From: Clostridia bacterium
GTDB lineage: Bacteria; Bacillota; Clostridia; TANB77; CAG-508
Direction of reading: 5' to 3'
Length of the DNA stretch: 64,000 bases
NCBI GenBank assembly: GCA_022798335.1
Contig: JAAWMH010000015.1
Span: 7,872-71,871 of the forward strand
Shown here: positions 53,077 to 62,976 of the stretch, one piece after another
How positions within the stretch are numbered: position 1 is the first letter of the stretch
Layout of the letters: each line of letters opens with the position of its first letter
Translations under genes and position numbers: made by a program
Notes under the pieces: model-generated
The model's database searches: none
The model's input: the letters and a program-made list of their open reading frames with translations, nothing else
Told to the model about the DNA's origin: nothing

Positions 53077-54879
53077 TTACGACATTTGTTTTATTTTTTT
53101 GGCTAATTCTTCGTTAATTCCTGTTACTTTAGTTAATTCTTCTATGCTTGCTTGCTTTATTTTACTGATACTTCCAAAGTGTTTCAATAGCTGCTTTTTC
53201 TTAGCTGGTCCTATTCCTAAAATATTGTCTAATTCTGATTTAGTAATATCTTTTCCCCTTAATTTTCTATGATATCCTATTGCTTTTTCATGAACACAAT
53301 CTTGAAAATATGTTATGGTATTCATTAGTCTTTCTGACAATTTTAGTTCATTTCTATTTTCATCAATTAAGGCTCTGGTTGTATGTTTATCATCTTTTAC
53401 CATTCCATAAAGGGGAATCGTTAAGTTATATACTTGCACTGCTTCTTTTACTGCTCTCATTTGTGTAATGCCTCCATCTACAAAAATAGCATCTGGAAGT
53501 TCCCCAAATCCTCCTTTTGGATTTTCTAATGAATGTTTTAACCTTCTTGTAACAACTTCTTGCATACATTTTGGATCATCCTGACCTAATACTGTTTTTA
53601 TTTTAAAAGTTCTTGATAAATTCTTTTTTACTTGTCCATCATATAATACACACATAGCTGCTACTACATATTCTCCTGATAAATTAGAAATATCATAACT
53701 TTCTATTTTCCTTGGCATTTTTTCCATTTTCAGTACCTTTTTTAATTCATTTACAACACTGTATTTTTCTTTCTGCGTATTTTCTAAAGTAATTTTAGCA
53801 TTTCTTTCTGCCATTTCTACTAATCTTAATTTTTCTCCCTTTTGCGGAGATTTTATTTCTACATTTCTTCCTACCTTCTCTGCAAGTGATTTTTCTAGTA
53901 ATTCTTTATCTTCAATTTCTTCTTTTAACATAATTTTATGAGGAATTACTAAATTGTTCATATAATATTGTTTCATAAAGTCTGATAAAATTTCTTTATC
54001 TGTTTCATCTTCTAAACCTTCAAAAAAGTAATGTTCTCTTCCTACCATTTTGCTATTTCTAACAAAAAATACTTCTATACAAACACGAAGTTCATTTCTA
54101 GCTAAACCTATTACATCAATATCATTTTCTGAAAGATTAGAAACTTTTTGCTTTTCATAGCTTATTTTTTCAATTGCTAATTTTTTATCTCTTAGGTATG
54201 CTGCTTTTTCAAAGTCTAATTTTTCTGATGCTTCTTTCATTTCTTGTTCTAGCTGTTTTACTACTAAAGCGGTTTTTCCACTTAGTAAATTGATAATTTG
54301 ACTAATTTGTTCTTGATATTCTTCCTTAGAAATATAATTCATGCATGGTGCACTACATTTTTTGATATGGTAATTTAAACATGGTCTATCTTTAAATTTA
54401 AAACTTTTGCATTGTCTTATTTGAAACTTAGACTTGATAAACTCCACCATTTCTTTTGCTGCTCCTGCATTTGCATAGGGTCCGAAATATTTTGCTCCAT
54501 CATTTAAAACTCTTCTTGTTATATATACATCAGGGTATGTTTCTTGCACATTTACTTTAATATAGGGGTATGTTTTATCATCTTTTAATAATACATTAAA
54601 TTTAGGCATATTCTTTTTGATTAAGTTACACTCTAAAATAAGAGCCTCTGACTCATTATCTGTTACAATATATTCAAAATAGTCTATTAAAGATACCATA
54701 TTTTCTATTCTTTTGGTTTTATTTGTTTTTCTAAAATATTGTCTTACTCTATTTTTTAAAGAAATTGCTTTTCCTACATATATAATTTTGTCATTTTTAT
54801 CGTGCATAATATATACGCCTGGTTTATCTGGCAACTTTTTTAGTTCTTGTTCTATATCAAACAATGTACTTTCCCCCAT
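53077..54879 (-). CDS. uvrC: excinuclease ABC subunit C
   Basis: GIY-YIG N-terminus (PGVYIMHDKNDKIIYVGKA), UvrBC-interaction region, RNase H-like, C-terminal HhH2. Confidence 0.93.
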   Translation of the reverse strand: MGESTLFDIEQELKKLPDKPGVYIMHDKNDKIIYVGKAISLKNRVRQYFRKTNKTKRIENMVSLIDYFEYIVTDNESEALILECNLIKKNMPKFNVLLKDDKTYPYIKVNVQETYPDVYITRRVLNDGAKYFGPYANAGAAKEMVEFIKSKFQIRQCKSFKFKDRPCLNYHIKKCSAPCMNYISKEEYQEQISQIINLLSGKTALVVKQLEQEMKEASEKLDFEKAAYLRDKKLAIEKISYEKQKVSNLSENDIDVIGLARNELRVCIEVFFVRNSKMVGREHYFFEGLEDETDKEILSDFMKQYYMNNLVIPHKIMLKEEIEDKELLEKSLAEKVGRNVEIKSPQKGEKLRLVEMAERNAKITLENTQKEKYSVVNELKKVLKMEKMPRKIESYDISNLSGEYVVAAMCVLYDGQVKKNLSRTFKIKTVLGQDDPKCMQEVVTRRLKHSLENPKGGFGELPDAIFVDGGITQMRAVKEAVQVYNLTIPLYGMVKDDKHTTRALIDENRNELKLSERLMNTITYFQDCVHEKAIGYHRKLRGKDITKSELDNILGIGPAKKKQLLKHFGSISKIKQASIEELTKVTGINEELAKKIKQMS

Positions 54880-54949
54880 TTTTATTTTTCGCTATTTATT
54901 GTAGCACATTCTCTATTGTTTTACAATTTTTTGACACATTTCATTTTTT

Positions 54950-54978
54950 GTAGTAATATTATGTATAAAAGTAATATT
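54950..54978 (+). promoter_or_regulatory. putative sigmaA promoter of glmS (TTGACA-17 nt-TAATAT)
   Basis: consensus -35, 17-nt spacer, AT-rich -10; about 30 nt upstream of RBS AAAGGAGG. Confidence 0.4.
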
Positions 54979-55009
54979 TTTTATTACCAAAGGAGGTTTT
55001 TGCACAAAT

Positions 55010-56849
55010 ATGTGTGGAATTGTAGGTTATGTAGGAGATAAAAAAGCCACTCCTATTTTAATAAATGGCTTATTATGTTTAGAATATAGAGGATATGATT
55101 CAGCAGGTATTGCTGTTATTGAAAATAGCAAAATTTGCTGTATGAAAGATAAAGGACGTGTTGCTAATCTTAAAGCAATTTCTGGAATAAATGATTTAAC
55201 ATCTTGCATTCGGAATTGCACATACTAGATGGGCTACTCATGGAAGACCCTCTAAAGAAAATTCTCACCCTCATTTAGATAATAGTGGCGAGTTTGCAGT
55301 AGTACATAATGGTATTATTGAAAATTACATAGAATTGAGAGAATTCTTAATTAAAAATGGCTATCATTTCTTTTCGCAAACAGATACAGAAGTTATTCCT
55401 AATTTAATTCATTATTACTATACAAAAGAAACGTTAGAAGATAACAAATTCTTAAGAGCAGTTCAAGCTGCTGTACATGACTTAAAAGGTAGTTATGCTA
55501 TTGAAGTTATTTCTAGTTTATGTCCTGATAAGATGGTTGTCGTTAGAAAAGACAGTCCTTTAGTTATTGGAAAAGGAAGTAATGAAAACTTTATTGCATC
55601 TGATATTCCAGCTATTCTTTCTTATACGAAAGATTTTTACTTATTAGATGATTATGAATATGCTGTTATTACCAAAGAACAAGTTCAATTTTTTGATAGC
55701 ACTTTAAAAGAGCACCAAAAATCTACTAAAAATATTGAATGGGATGCAACAGCTGCCGAAAAAAATGGTTATGCTGATTATATGTTAAAAGAAATTCATG
55801 AACAACCAACTGCTATTTTAGAAACTATTGGTAGCAGATTAAAACTTGAAGAAAAAACTCATTTTGAAGATTTAACTATTACAAGTGCTTATTTACAAAC
55901 CCTTAGTAAAATTTGTATTGTTGCTTGTGGTACTGCTATGCATGCTGGTTTAGTTGGAAAAGATGCCATTGAAAAACTTTGTCAAATTCCTGTAGAAGTA
56001 AACATTGCATCAGAATTTCGTTATTGTAACCCTATTATAGGTGAAAAAACACTTTGCATTTATATTAGTCAATCTGGTGAAACTGCAGACACTTTAGCAG
56101 CTCTAAAGTTAGCAAAGGAAAAAGGTGCTAAAACTTTAGCTATTTCTAATGTAGTTGGAAGTTCTATTACACGTGAAGCTGACTATACTATTTATACTCA
56201 TGCTGGTCCAGAAATTGCAGTTGCTTCTACGAAAGCTTACACTTCTCAAGTAATTTTACTTAATATTTTAGCTATTTACTTTGCAGAGCTTTTAGGTAGC
56301 TATGATTCAGCTAAATTAGAAGAATTAAAAGCTGATATTTTAAGTTTACCATCTAAAATAGAAAATGTACTTCATGAAAAGACGCAAATTGAAGAAATTG
56401 CTAAGAAAATTTATACTGAGCATGATATGTATTTTATTGGAAGAGGAACAGATTATCATGTAGCAATGGAAGGTTCTTTAAAATTAAAAGAAATTTCCTA
56501 TATTCATTCAGAGGCTTATGCTGCTGGTGAATTAAAACATGGTACCATTGCTTTAATTGAAAATGGAATTACTGTAGTAGGCGTTTTAACTAACCCTGTT
56601 TTAACACCAAAAACAATTAGTAATCTTCAGGAGGTTGTATCTAGAGGAGCTAAAACACTTATTGTTACAAATCAAAACTTAAGAAATACTAATTTTGATT
56701 TTACCATTTCTATTCCTAAAGTAAATAACTTGGTTTCCCCTATTTTATCTGTAATACCTCTTCAGCTTCTTGCTTATTATATTTCAAAAAACAAAGGATT
56801 AGACGTAGATAAACCAAGAAACTTAGCAAAATCAGTTACTGTTGAATAA
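55010..56849 (+). CDS. glmS: glutamine--fructose-6-phosphate aminotransferase GlmS, frame broken by a single-C insertion
   Basis: MCGIVGYVG Ntn start; ORFs 55010-55228 + 55335-56849; removing C at 55211 (attCggaatt) restores ...[24 protein letters not shown]...; two SIS domains. Confidence 0.88.
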
Positions 56850-56855
56850 CTGCAA

Positions 56856-56896
56856 AAAGCCCAAGTAGATTTTTCCTCTATTTGGGCTTTTATTTT
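56856..56896 (+). terminator. rho-independent terminator of glmS (AAAGCCCAA...TTGGGCTTT + T-run)
   Basis: 9-bp stem, TTTTATTTT tail. Confidence 0.65.
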
Positions 56897-56940
56897 AGAG
56901 CTTTATTTTGCTCTTACTGCTCTTGAGCATTTATTGGATT

Positions 56941-57585
56941 TTACTTAATCATGTTGTTATCCAGCAGAATGTAGTTTGCTCTATGAATATAGAGCGCCAG
57001 TCCATCAATATTGAGCTTTGTCGTTTTAGGCAGGTCATTCGGAATCTCCCAGTATACCTGCTTGCCACCATAAACAGCAACAGGCACGCCTAGCTGCGAG
57101 CACACGATAACCACCTTGGGTGTTCCCAATATATTTTTGATTTCATTGATATTCCGATCAAAAATATTGATGGTGCCACCACTTGTGGCAATGTCATCAG
57201 GCAGTTCAAAGTCTTCTAACTTCTTCAGCCCATCTTCTGCAAAAATGATGGTATTTCCCGTTTGCGCTACCTGGTTACCATCAACCGTCATAGTAATGAC
57301 GCTGCTAAGTTCATAATTTTTGCTTTCGACTCCATCGGAATCCACAGATTTTGTGTTTACATAGTTTGCCTCTAAGCCCACCTTGGTTCCTTCAATGTTC
57401 AAAATATTGTTGCCAAAATTATCGTAGAACTCAATGTTAAAATGGTTACCGATAAGTTCTCCCTTAACGTTTTTTATCGTGTTAGAAAGGAGTCCGCAGC
57501 CGCTGAATGTGTAGGCAATAAGTACTAATGCAGTAAAAATGAACAATGCTGGTACTGCTACTTTCCGAACTTTTCCTTTTTTCAT
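56941..57585 (-). CDS. lipoprotein of unknown function encoded by a compositionally foreign (about 42% GC) gene
   Basis: signal peptide with lipobox (LIAYTFSGC); GC about 14 points above neighbours. Confidence 0.6.
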   Translation of the reverse strand: MKKGKVRKVAVPALFIFTALVLIAYTFSGCGLLSNTIKNVKGELIGNHFNIEFYDNFGNNILNIEGTKVGLEANYVNTKSVDSDGVESKNYELSSVITMTVDGNQVAQTGNTIIFAEDGLKKLEDFELPDDIATSGGTINIFDRNINEIKNILGTPKVVIVCSQLGVPVAVYGGKQVYWEIPNDLPKTTKLNIDGLALYIHRANYILLDNNMIK

Positions 57586-57687
57586 GATGATACCTCCAAT
57601 TTTGTTTTCTAGTTAGAATTTCATTTTGCTCAAGGATTTTATCTTAGAGCTTCTCCATTATAACATGTTTCTTACTTTTAGTCAAAT

Positions 57688-57948
57688 TTACATAAATATT
57701 TTTAATGCAATTAATAAAATTGCTCCTGGTATTCCTAATATTCCTACTAAAATAGCAGTTCCTACATTTAGTCCTATATGAAACTGAAAAGCTGCTCCTA
57801 TTAAATTGATTATAAAAATAAGTATTCCACCTAGTATTGAATTACCTACTAATTTTAAAATTGCTTTTAAAGGAACTGAAAATATCTTGCCGATTACCAT
57901 AAAAACAACAATACAACCAATTATCACAAAAACATTAGAAAAGTCCAA
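57688..57948 (-). CDS. bofA: pro-sigmaK processing inhibitor BofA (copy 2, canonical yaaL-bofA context); probable TTG start
   Basis: 86 aa, 2 TM, GILGIPG motif; about 45% identical to copy 1. Confidence 0.75.
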   Translation of the reverse strand: MDFSNVFVIIGCIVVFMVIGKIFSVPLKAILKLVGNSILGGILIFIINLIGAAFQFHIGLNVGTAILVGILGIPGAILLIALKIFM

Positions 57949-57997
57949 ATTTTATCACCATACCCTTTTTTAAAATACTTATGATAAAATTTGGACA
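57943..57997 (-). promoter_or_regulatory. perfect 15-bp inverted repeat (GTCCAAATTTTATCA ... TGATAAAATTTGGAC, 25-nt spacer) spanning the yaaL-bofA intergenic region and covering the bofA RBS/start
   Basis: downstream arm contains the TTG start and GGTGAT RBS of bofA copy 2; followed by UUUUCU. Confidence 0.5.
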
Positions 57998-58005
57998 AAT
58001 ATGAC

Positions 58006-58281
58006 TTATCCTACTTGATTTCTTCTAAAATATAATTCTTCAATCATATCTAGTGAAATTCCTATTTTTTTAGCCTTATTTACTAAAAAATCTAATTTAC
58101 TTTTATTTGCTTTTATTTGATAAACATAATAGTCTACTAGCCCCGCTTCTGCCGTTTCAAAATTTTTGCTAGCTAAGTCTAGCTCTCTTTTTGCTTTTAA
58201 CACACTCATAATTAATTCTACCTTTTTTTCTTCTTCTGTTTTTTCTATGATTAAGTTTTCCTTTTGAAAATCGTCATACAT
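58006..58281 (-). CDS. yaaL: YaaL family protein (DUF2508)
   Basis: 91 aa; position immediately upstream of bofA as in B. subtilis recR-yaaL-bofA. Confidence 0.7.
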   Translation of the reverse strand: MYDDFQKENLIIEKTEEEKKVELIMSVLKAKRELDLASKNFETAEAGLVDYYVYQIKANKSKLDFLVNKAKKIGISLDMIEELYFRRNQVG

Positions 58282-58360
58282 CTATTTTCTTCCTCCTGCC
58301 TTTTTTATCTTGTTAATAGTATATTCCAGATTTTTCTTTTTATTCATAGAAGATAAGAAA

Positions 58361-59206
58361 CTATCTTACAAAACTATAAATTACAATTCCAACAGCTTGA
58401 ATGATAAATAAATTTAAAATATTAGAAGTTAACAAATTATTAGTTGCCTCAATTACACCATCTTTGGCATTTTCTTCTTTTTTGTGGTGTCTTTGTGCTT
58501 CAAAAAAAGTAATTAACTCTGGAATACTTGTAATAAATCCTAATAAAACACCAATTACTATTTGTGGAATATTAAATTTTATACATAAACTTTCTAAAAT
58601 ATTGCTAAGTAAGTTGCCTACTATATAAAGTAAAATTGCAATAATAAGTAAATATATGCTATATTTTATAATTGCTTTTTTCTTACCTCTAATCCATTTT
58701 TCTTCTTCTTCTATTTGCCTTTCTTGTTTAGTCACTCTATTTAAGTATAATTTATGCGAATGACTATTGATAAAATAAAATAGTAAAAATAACAAAATAA
58801 AGATTGGTACTATACTAATTGAAGATTCCATTTTAATTATTAGTAATGTAATTGGTATTAAAATAGTTAAAAGTACCATAACTAAATCTATTTTTAAGGC
58901 TTTATTTTGCAATTCTTTTTGATTTTTATTTAAAAATATAGCAAGTCCATACTGAATACTATTGATAACATTAGAACTAATAATATTATAACTACTAGCA
59001 TAAGTTAATCCAGCGGCAGCCGAAAAGGAAACTGTTAGTAATTCTGGAACAGAAGTTGCAATTCCTGCAATATTTCCTACTGTTTTAGGTTTTAAATTTA
59101 AACTTTCTGCAAGTTTTCTAAGCACAGTTACTAATAAATATTTTGAAATAATTACAATCAAACCTGAATACAGTGTAAATTGTATAAACTCCCAAATAAT
59201 TTCCAT
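58361..59206 (-). CDS. sodium/calcium exchanger family membrane protein (CaCA; two alpha-repeats)
   Basis: duplicated G(I/F)(A/T)TS(V/I)PEL motifs. Confidence 0.75.
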   Translation of the reverse strand: MEIIWEFIQFTLYSGLIVIISKYLLVTVLRKLAESLNLKPKTVGNIAGIATSVPELLTVSFSAAAGLTYASSYNIISSNVINSIQYGLAIFLNKNQKELQNKALKIDLVMVLLTILIPITLLIIKMESSISIVPIFILLFLLFYFINSHSHKLYLNRVTKQERQIEEEEKWIRGKKKAIIKYSIYLLIIAILLYIVGNLLSNILESLCIKFNIPQIVIGVLLGFITSIPELITFFEAQRHHKKEENAKDGVIEATNNLLTSNILNLFIIQAVGIVIYSFVR

Positions 59207-59281
59207 TTTATAGTTATATGATTATTTCATGAATAACCATATTCTCCTTTCTTCCTCTTCTATCATTTTTAATCTAAAATA

Positions 59282-59312
59282 ATAAAAATAGGAATTATAA
59301 TATTCCTATTTT
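59282..59312 (-). terminator. hairpin terminator after gerQ-like gene (AAATAGGAAT...ATTCCTATTT)
   Basis: 10-bp stem, T-rich tail on minus strand. Confidence 0.55.
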
Positions 59313-59355
59313 ACCCTAAAATCAAAACTTTATCTAGTAAAAAACAAAAAAATAT

Positions 59356-59667
59356 TTATACTTGAAAATCTTTATCTGGTCTGACAGTATATGGATTTTC
59401 AGCAATAATTACAAACTTAATAGAATAAATATCACAGTATAGTAAATTTCCACTTTCAATAGACCTTAATAGTACATAACTTAAACCTACTTCTTCTAAT
59501 ATTCCTGTTCTGTCTTCTAAATCATTTGTACCAATTAAAAATTGAATTCTTACTAGCTTTCCAATGTGATCTCTTAAAAAAGCTGGAGTATATAAATTAT
59601 TGGTAATTGTTTCTGGCGCTCCATCCGTTATTTTTACATGGTTAAATCCATTTTCTATTTGCCTCAT
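59356..59667 (-). CDS. putative spore coat protein GerQ-like (CwlJ partner), 103 aa
   Basis: located directly downstream of the CwlJ/SleB-like hydrolase as in cwlJ-gerQ operons; family assignment by pattern only. Confidence 0.4.
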   Translation of the reverse strand: MRQIENGFNHVKITDGAPETITNNLYTPAFLRDHIGKLVRIQFLIGTNDLEDRTGILEEVGLSYVLLRSIESGNLLYCDIYSIKFVIIAENPYTVRPDKDFQV

Positions 59668-59683
59668 ATTTTCCTCCTTGTAT

Positions 59684-60208
59684 TTTAAGTATTTTTATAA
59701 AGAGGGGTTGGTCTGTAAAAACAATGATTTGTAATTCTTGTATGAAAAGTCCCTGAACCATTATAAGGAAAAGTCTCTCCGACAACTTGGTCTATATGGA
59801 TTTAAAAACCATAAACACTCTCCTGTCTGTGCAAGTCCATTTCCTGCTATTGCCCAGTCTGCAATATCATAATGTACTTGCGTAGGATTCATATTATAGA
59901 TATTTTGTGCATTATATTTACTTTGTATGTTCTCTCTTGCACAATCAAATTGCCCTTGCTGAAAAATAATATTTCTTATATTTCCCCCTTGTGATACTCT
60001 TGCATATTCTCCGCTCTGGCGCTCTTACTCTATTCATTATAACGGTTGCAACTGCTTTCATTCCACTATCGCCTTCTCCTCCTGCCTCGCATTGCACAAT
60101 TCTTGCAATTAACTCTCTATCAGAATATGCCATTTTTATTCCTCCCCTTAAAGTAATATATGAATTTTTAAAACAATTTGTGAATTGATACTTTTTTAAT
60201 AATTTCAC
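59684..60208 (-). CDS. cwlJ: spore cortex-lytic cell wall hydrolase, CwlJ/SleB family (Hydrolase_2), frame broken by two single-C insertions
   Basis: MAYSDRELIARIVQCEAGGEGDSGMKAVATVIMNRV; removing C at about 60012 and about 59780 restores ...RAPEGEYARVSQGG...WFLNPYRPSCGETFPYNGSGTFHTRITNHCFY... Confidence 0.7.
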
Positions 60209-60229
60209 AAAATTTTGCAGAACAGTTGA

Positions 60230-60505
60230 AAATAATTGTATAACGTGCTACAATTAGTGTTATATTGATACAAGCATTTAATAAAGAAATAGTAATAAGT
60301 TTTTATTTTATGTAGAGAGGCTATGGTTGGTGAAAATAGCTTAAAATAATTTATGAATCCACTCTTTATTTGCTTTTTACGATGAGTAAAACCGTTTAAT
60401 GCTCGGTTACAAGCATTGTTAAGATATTTATGATACTCATAAATAATTAAGGTGGTACCGTGAGAATATATACCTCGCCCTTATTTTTGGGCGAGGTTTT
60501 TGTTT
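60230..60505 (+). promoter_or_regulatory. T-box riboswitch leader (probable Ser specifier UCC) with intrinsic terminator, upstream of DUF1653-serS
   Basis: T-box sequence AATTAAGGTGGTACCGTGAG at 60445-60464; terminator CCTCGCCC-N8-GGGCGAGG+T5 at 60472-60500; GAA-UCC-A specifier-like context at 60354-60362. Confidence 0.6.
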
Positions 60506-60539
60506 TTCTGGTAATCTCCTATAAATAAATTTAAGAAAG

Positions 60540-60794
60540 GTGGTAACAATAATGGAAGAAGTAAAACAAGGACAAATTTATCGTCATTTTAAAGGACCTT
60601 ACTACTATATTATTTGTGTTGGACTAGACTCTGAAACTAGAGAAAGAATTGTTGTTTATCAACATTTAGATAGTTCTAAAGCAATTTGTACTCGTCCTGA
60701 GAAAATGTTTTTAGAGCAAATTCCTGAAAGACCAGATAACGTAACTGGTCAAAAACATAGATTTGAACTATGTACAAAATTTGAAAATTTATAA
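60540..60794 (+). CDS. DUF1653 domain protein
   Basis: 84 aa; IYRHFKGPYYYIICVGLDSETRERIVVYQ matches DUF1653 core. Confidence 0.7.
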   Translation: MVTIMEEVKQGQIYRHFKGPYYYIICVGLDSETRERIVVYQHLDSSKAICTRPEKMFLEQIPERPDNVTGQKHRFELCTKFENL

Positions 60795-60801
60795 TAAAAA
60801 G

Positions 60802-60854
60802 TATGTCCCCAAAGTGACACTTTTGTCACTTTTAAGAACGTCCCTAAAATGACA
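60802..60854. repeat. intergenic repeat element (TATGTCCCCAAAGTGACA-CTTT-TGTCACTTT...ACGTCCCTAAAATGAC) immediately upstream of serS RBS
   Basis: about 85% identical to 40817-40868; contains perfect 9-bp hairpin AAAGTGACA/TGTCACTTT. Confidence 0.5.
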
Positions 60855-60868
60855 AAGGAGGTAAAAAA

Positions 60869-62165
60869 ATGATTGATATTAAATTTCTAAGAGAAAAACC
60901 AGAACTTGTAAAAGAAAATATGAAAAAGAAATTTCAAGATCACAAACTAGTTTTAGTTGATGAGGTTTTAGACCTAGATAGCAAAAACCGTGAAATAAAA
61001 TTAAAAGGTGATGACCTAAGAAGTAAAAGAAATTCTTTAAGCCAAGAAATTGGTAATTTAATGAAACAAGGCAAAAAAGAAGAAGCAGAAGATATCAAAA
61101 AGCAAGTACAAGCTATTAACCAAGAACTATTAGAAAATGAAAAATTAGAAGAAGAATATAGCACTCAAATTACACAAAGAATGATGAAAATACCAAATAT
61201 CATCCATGATTCTGTTCCAATTCGGTAAAGATGATAGTCAAAATGTAGAAATTCAAAAATATGGAGATCCTATTACTCCCCCTTATGAAATTCCTTACCA
61301 TACTGATATTATGGAAGCATTAGATGGTATTGACTTAGATGGTGCAAGACGTGTTGCTGGAAATGGCTTTTATTATTTAATAGGTGATATTGCAAGGCTT
61401 CATTCTAGTGTTATTTCTTATGCTAGAGACTTTATGATTTCTAAAGGATTTACTTATTGTGTACCACCATTTATGATACGTAGTAATGTAGTAACTGGTG
61501 TTATGAGCTTTGAAGAAATGGACGCTATGATGTATAAAATTGAAGGAGAAGATTTATATTTAATTGGTACTAGTGAACATTCTATGATTGGTAAATTCAA
61601 AGATCAACTTTTAGCCAAAGATAAATTGCCATATAACATGACTTCTTATTCTCCATGCTTTAGAAAAGAAAAAGGTGCTCATGGTATTGAAGAACGCGGT
61701 GTTTACCGTATTCATCAATTTGAAAAACAAGAAATGATTGTTGTTTGCGAACCTGAAGATAGCTATAACTGGTACGATAAGTTATGGTCTTATACTGTTG
61801 AATTATTTAGAAGTTTGGATATTCCTGTTCGTACTTTAGAATGTTGTAGTGGAGATTTAGCTGATTTAAAAGCTAAAAGCTGCGATGTAGAAGCGTGGAG
61901 CCCTAGACAACAAAAATATTTTGAAGTTGGTAGTTGTTCTAATCTAACAGATGCTCAAGCAAGACGCCTTGGTATTCGTATTAAAAGTGAAAAAGGAAAT
62001 TATTATGCACATACTTTAAATAATACTGTAGTCGCTCCTCCTCGTATGTTAATTGCTTTTTTAGAAAATCATTATCAAGAAGATGGAAGTATTACTATTC
62101 CAGAAGTATTATGGCCATATATGGGTGGCACTAAAATTTTAAAACCTAAAAAAATAATAAAATAA
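60869..62165 (+). CDS. serS: serine--tRNA ligase, frame broken by a single-C insertion
   Basis: N-terminal coiled coil + class II core; ORFs 60869-61228 + 61206-62165; removing C at 61223 (attCggtaaa) restores ...HDSVPIGKDDSQNVE... Confidence 0.88.
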
Positions 62166-62207
62166 TGACCTGTCCCTAATCACCCTAAAAATGATCTGAC
62201 CCCAATC
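62166..62207. repeat. degenerate copy of the GTCCCTAA / CCCTAAAAATGA / TGACCCCAA motif family immediately upstream of engB RBS
   Basis: CCTGTCCCTAATCACCCTAAAAATGATCTGACCCCAATC; shares GTCCCTAA and CCCTAAAATGA cores with the other copies. Confidence 0.4.
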
Positions 62208-62225
62208 TCCAAAGGAGGAATTTGT

Positions 62226-62822
62226 ATGCATATTAAAAATCCGCAGTTTACCATTTCTGCTGTTAGCCCTAAGCAATATCCACAAGACAACTTGCCACAA
62301 ATTGTGCTTGTGGGAAAATCTAATGTTGGAAAGTCTTCTTTTATCAATACTTTAGTAAACCGTAAAAAATTAGCACGCACTAGCAGTGAACCTGGAAAAA
62401 CTAGACAAATTAACTTTTATAATATAGATGATAAATTTTATTTTGTTGATTTGCCTGGCTATGGTTATAGTAAAATGTCAAAGCAAGAACAAGTGAGAGT
62501 TGGTAATTTTATTGAAGAATATCTGCAAACTAGTAAAAACATTTCATTAATCATTTTTTTAATTGATATTAGGCATGAGCCTACCGCAAATGACAAATTA
62601 ATGTATGATTACCTTTTTAAAACAAACCTTCCTTGTATTGTAATTGCAAATAAAGCAGATAAAATTGCTATTACTAAGGTAGATAGCTATGTTACAAAAT
62701 TACAACAAACTTTAAATCCACTAAAAGATTTAACTTTTTTACCGTTTTCTTCTGAGAGAAGAGTGTATACTCAAAAAATTTGGAAAACAATAGAAAATAA
62801 ATTGCCAAATTTAGAAATTTAG
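62226..62822 (+). CDS. engB: ribosome biogenesis GTP-binding protein YihA/EngB (YsxC)
   Basis: GKSNVGKSSFINTL G1, DLPGYGY G3, NKADK G4. Confidence 0.9.
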   Translation: MHIKNPQFTISAVSPKQYPQDNLPQIVLVGKSNVGKSSFINTLVNRKKLARTSSEPGKTRQINFYNIDDKFYFVDLPGYGYSKMSKQEQVRVGNFIEEYLQTSKNISLIIFLIDIRHEPTANDKLMYDYLFKTNLPCIVIANKADKIAITKVDSYVTKLQQTLNPLKDLTFLPFSSERRVYTQKIWKTIENKLPNLEI

Positions 62823-62835
62823 TAGTATCAAGAAT

Positions 62836-62877
62836 TATCCCAACAAAAGTGCTAAAAATAAGCATTTTTGTTGGGAT
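62836..62877. terminator. bidirectional terminator between convergent engB and Big_2 genes (ATCCCAACAAA...TTTGTTGGGAT)
   Basis: 11-bp stem, T-runs both strands. Confidence 0.6.
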
Positions 62878-62976
62878 ATATTATTTTATTTTAAGTAAAG
62901 AAGCACTCTACCGCATGCCCAGTACTTATATCTATTCTCAGCCACATCAAAATCAAATCCAAGCCTGTATTCAGGG

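Noticed and set aside
54880-55009. Looked for a glmS ribozyme upstream of glmS
   Set aside because: Only about 130 nt of AT-rich sequence with a plausible sigmaA promoter. None of the GC-rich conserved core segments of the ribozyme are present.
59300-59332. CCCTAAAATCAAAAC segment after the gerQ-like terminator as another repeat-family member
   Set aside because: Lacks the GTCCC and TGAC cores. Similarity limited to CCCTAAAAT.
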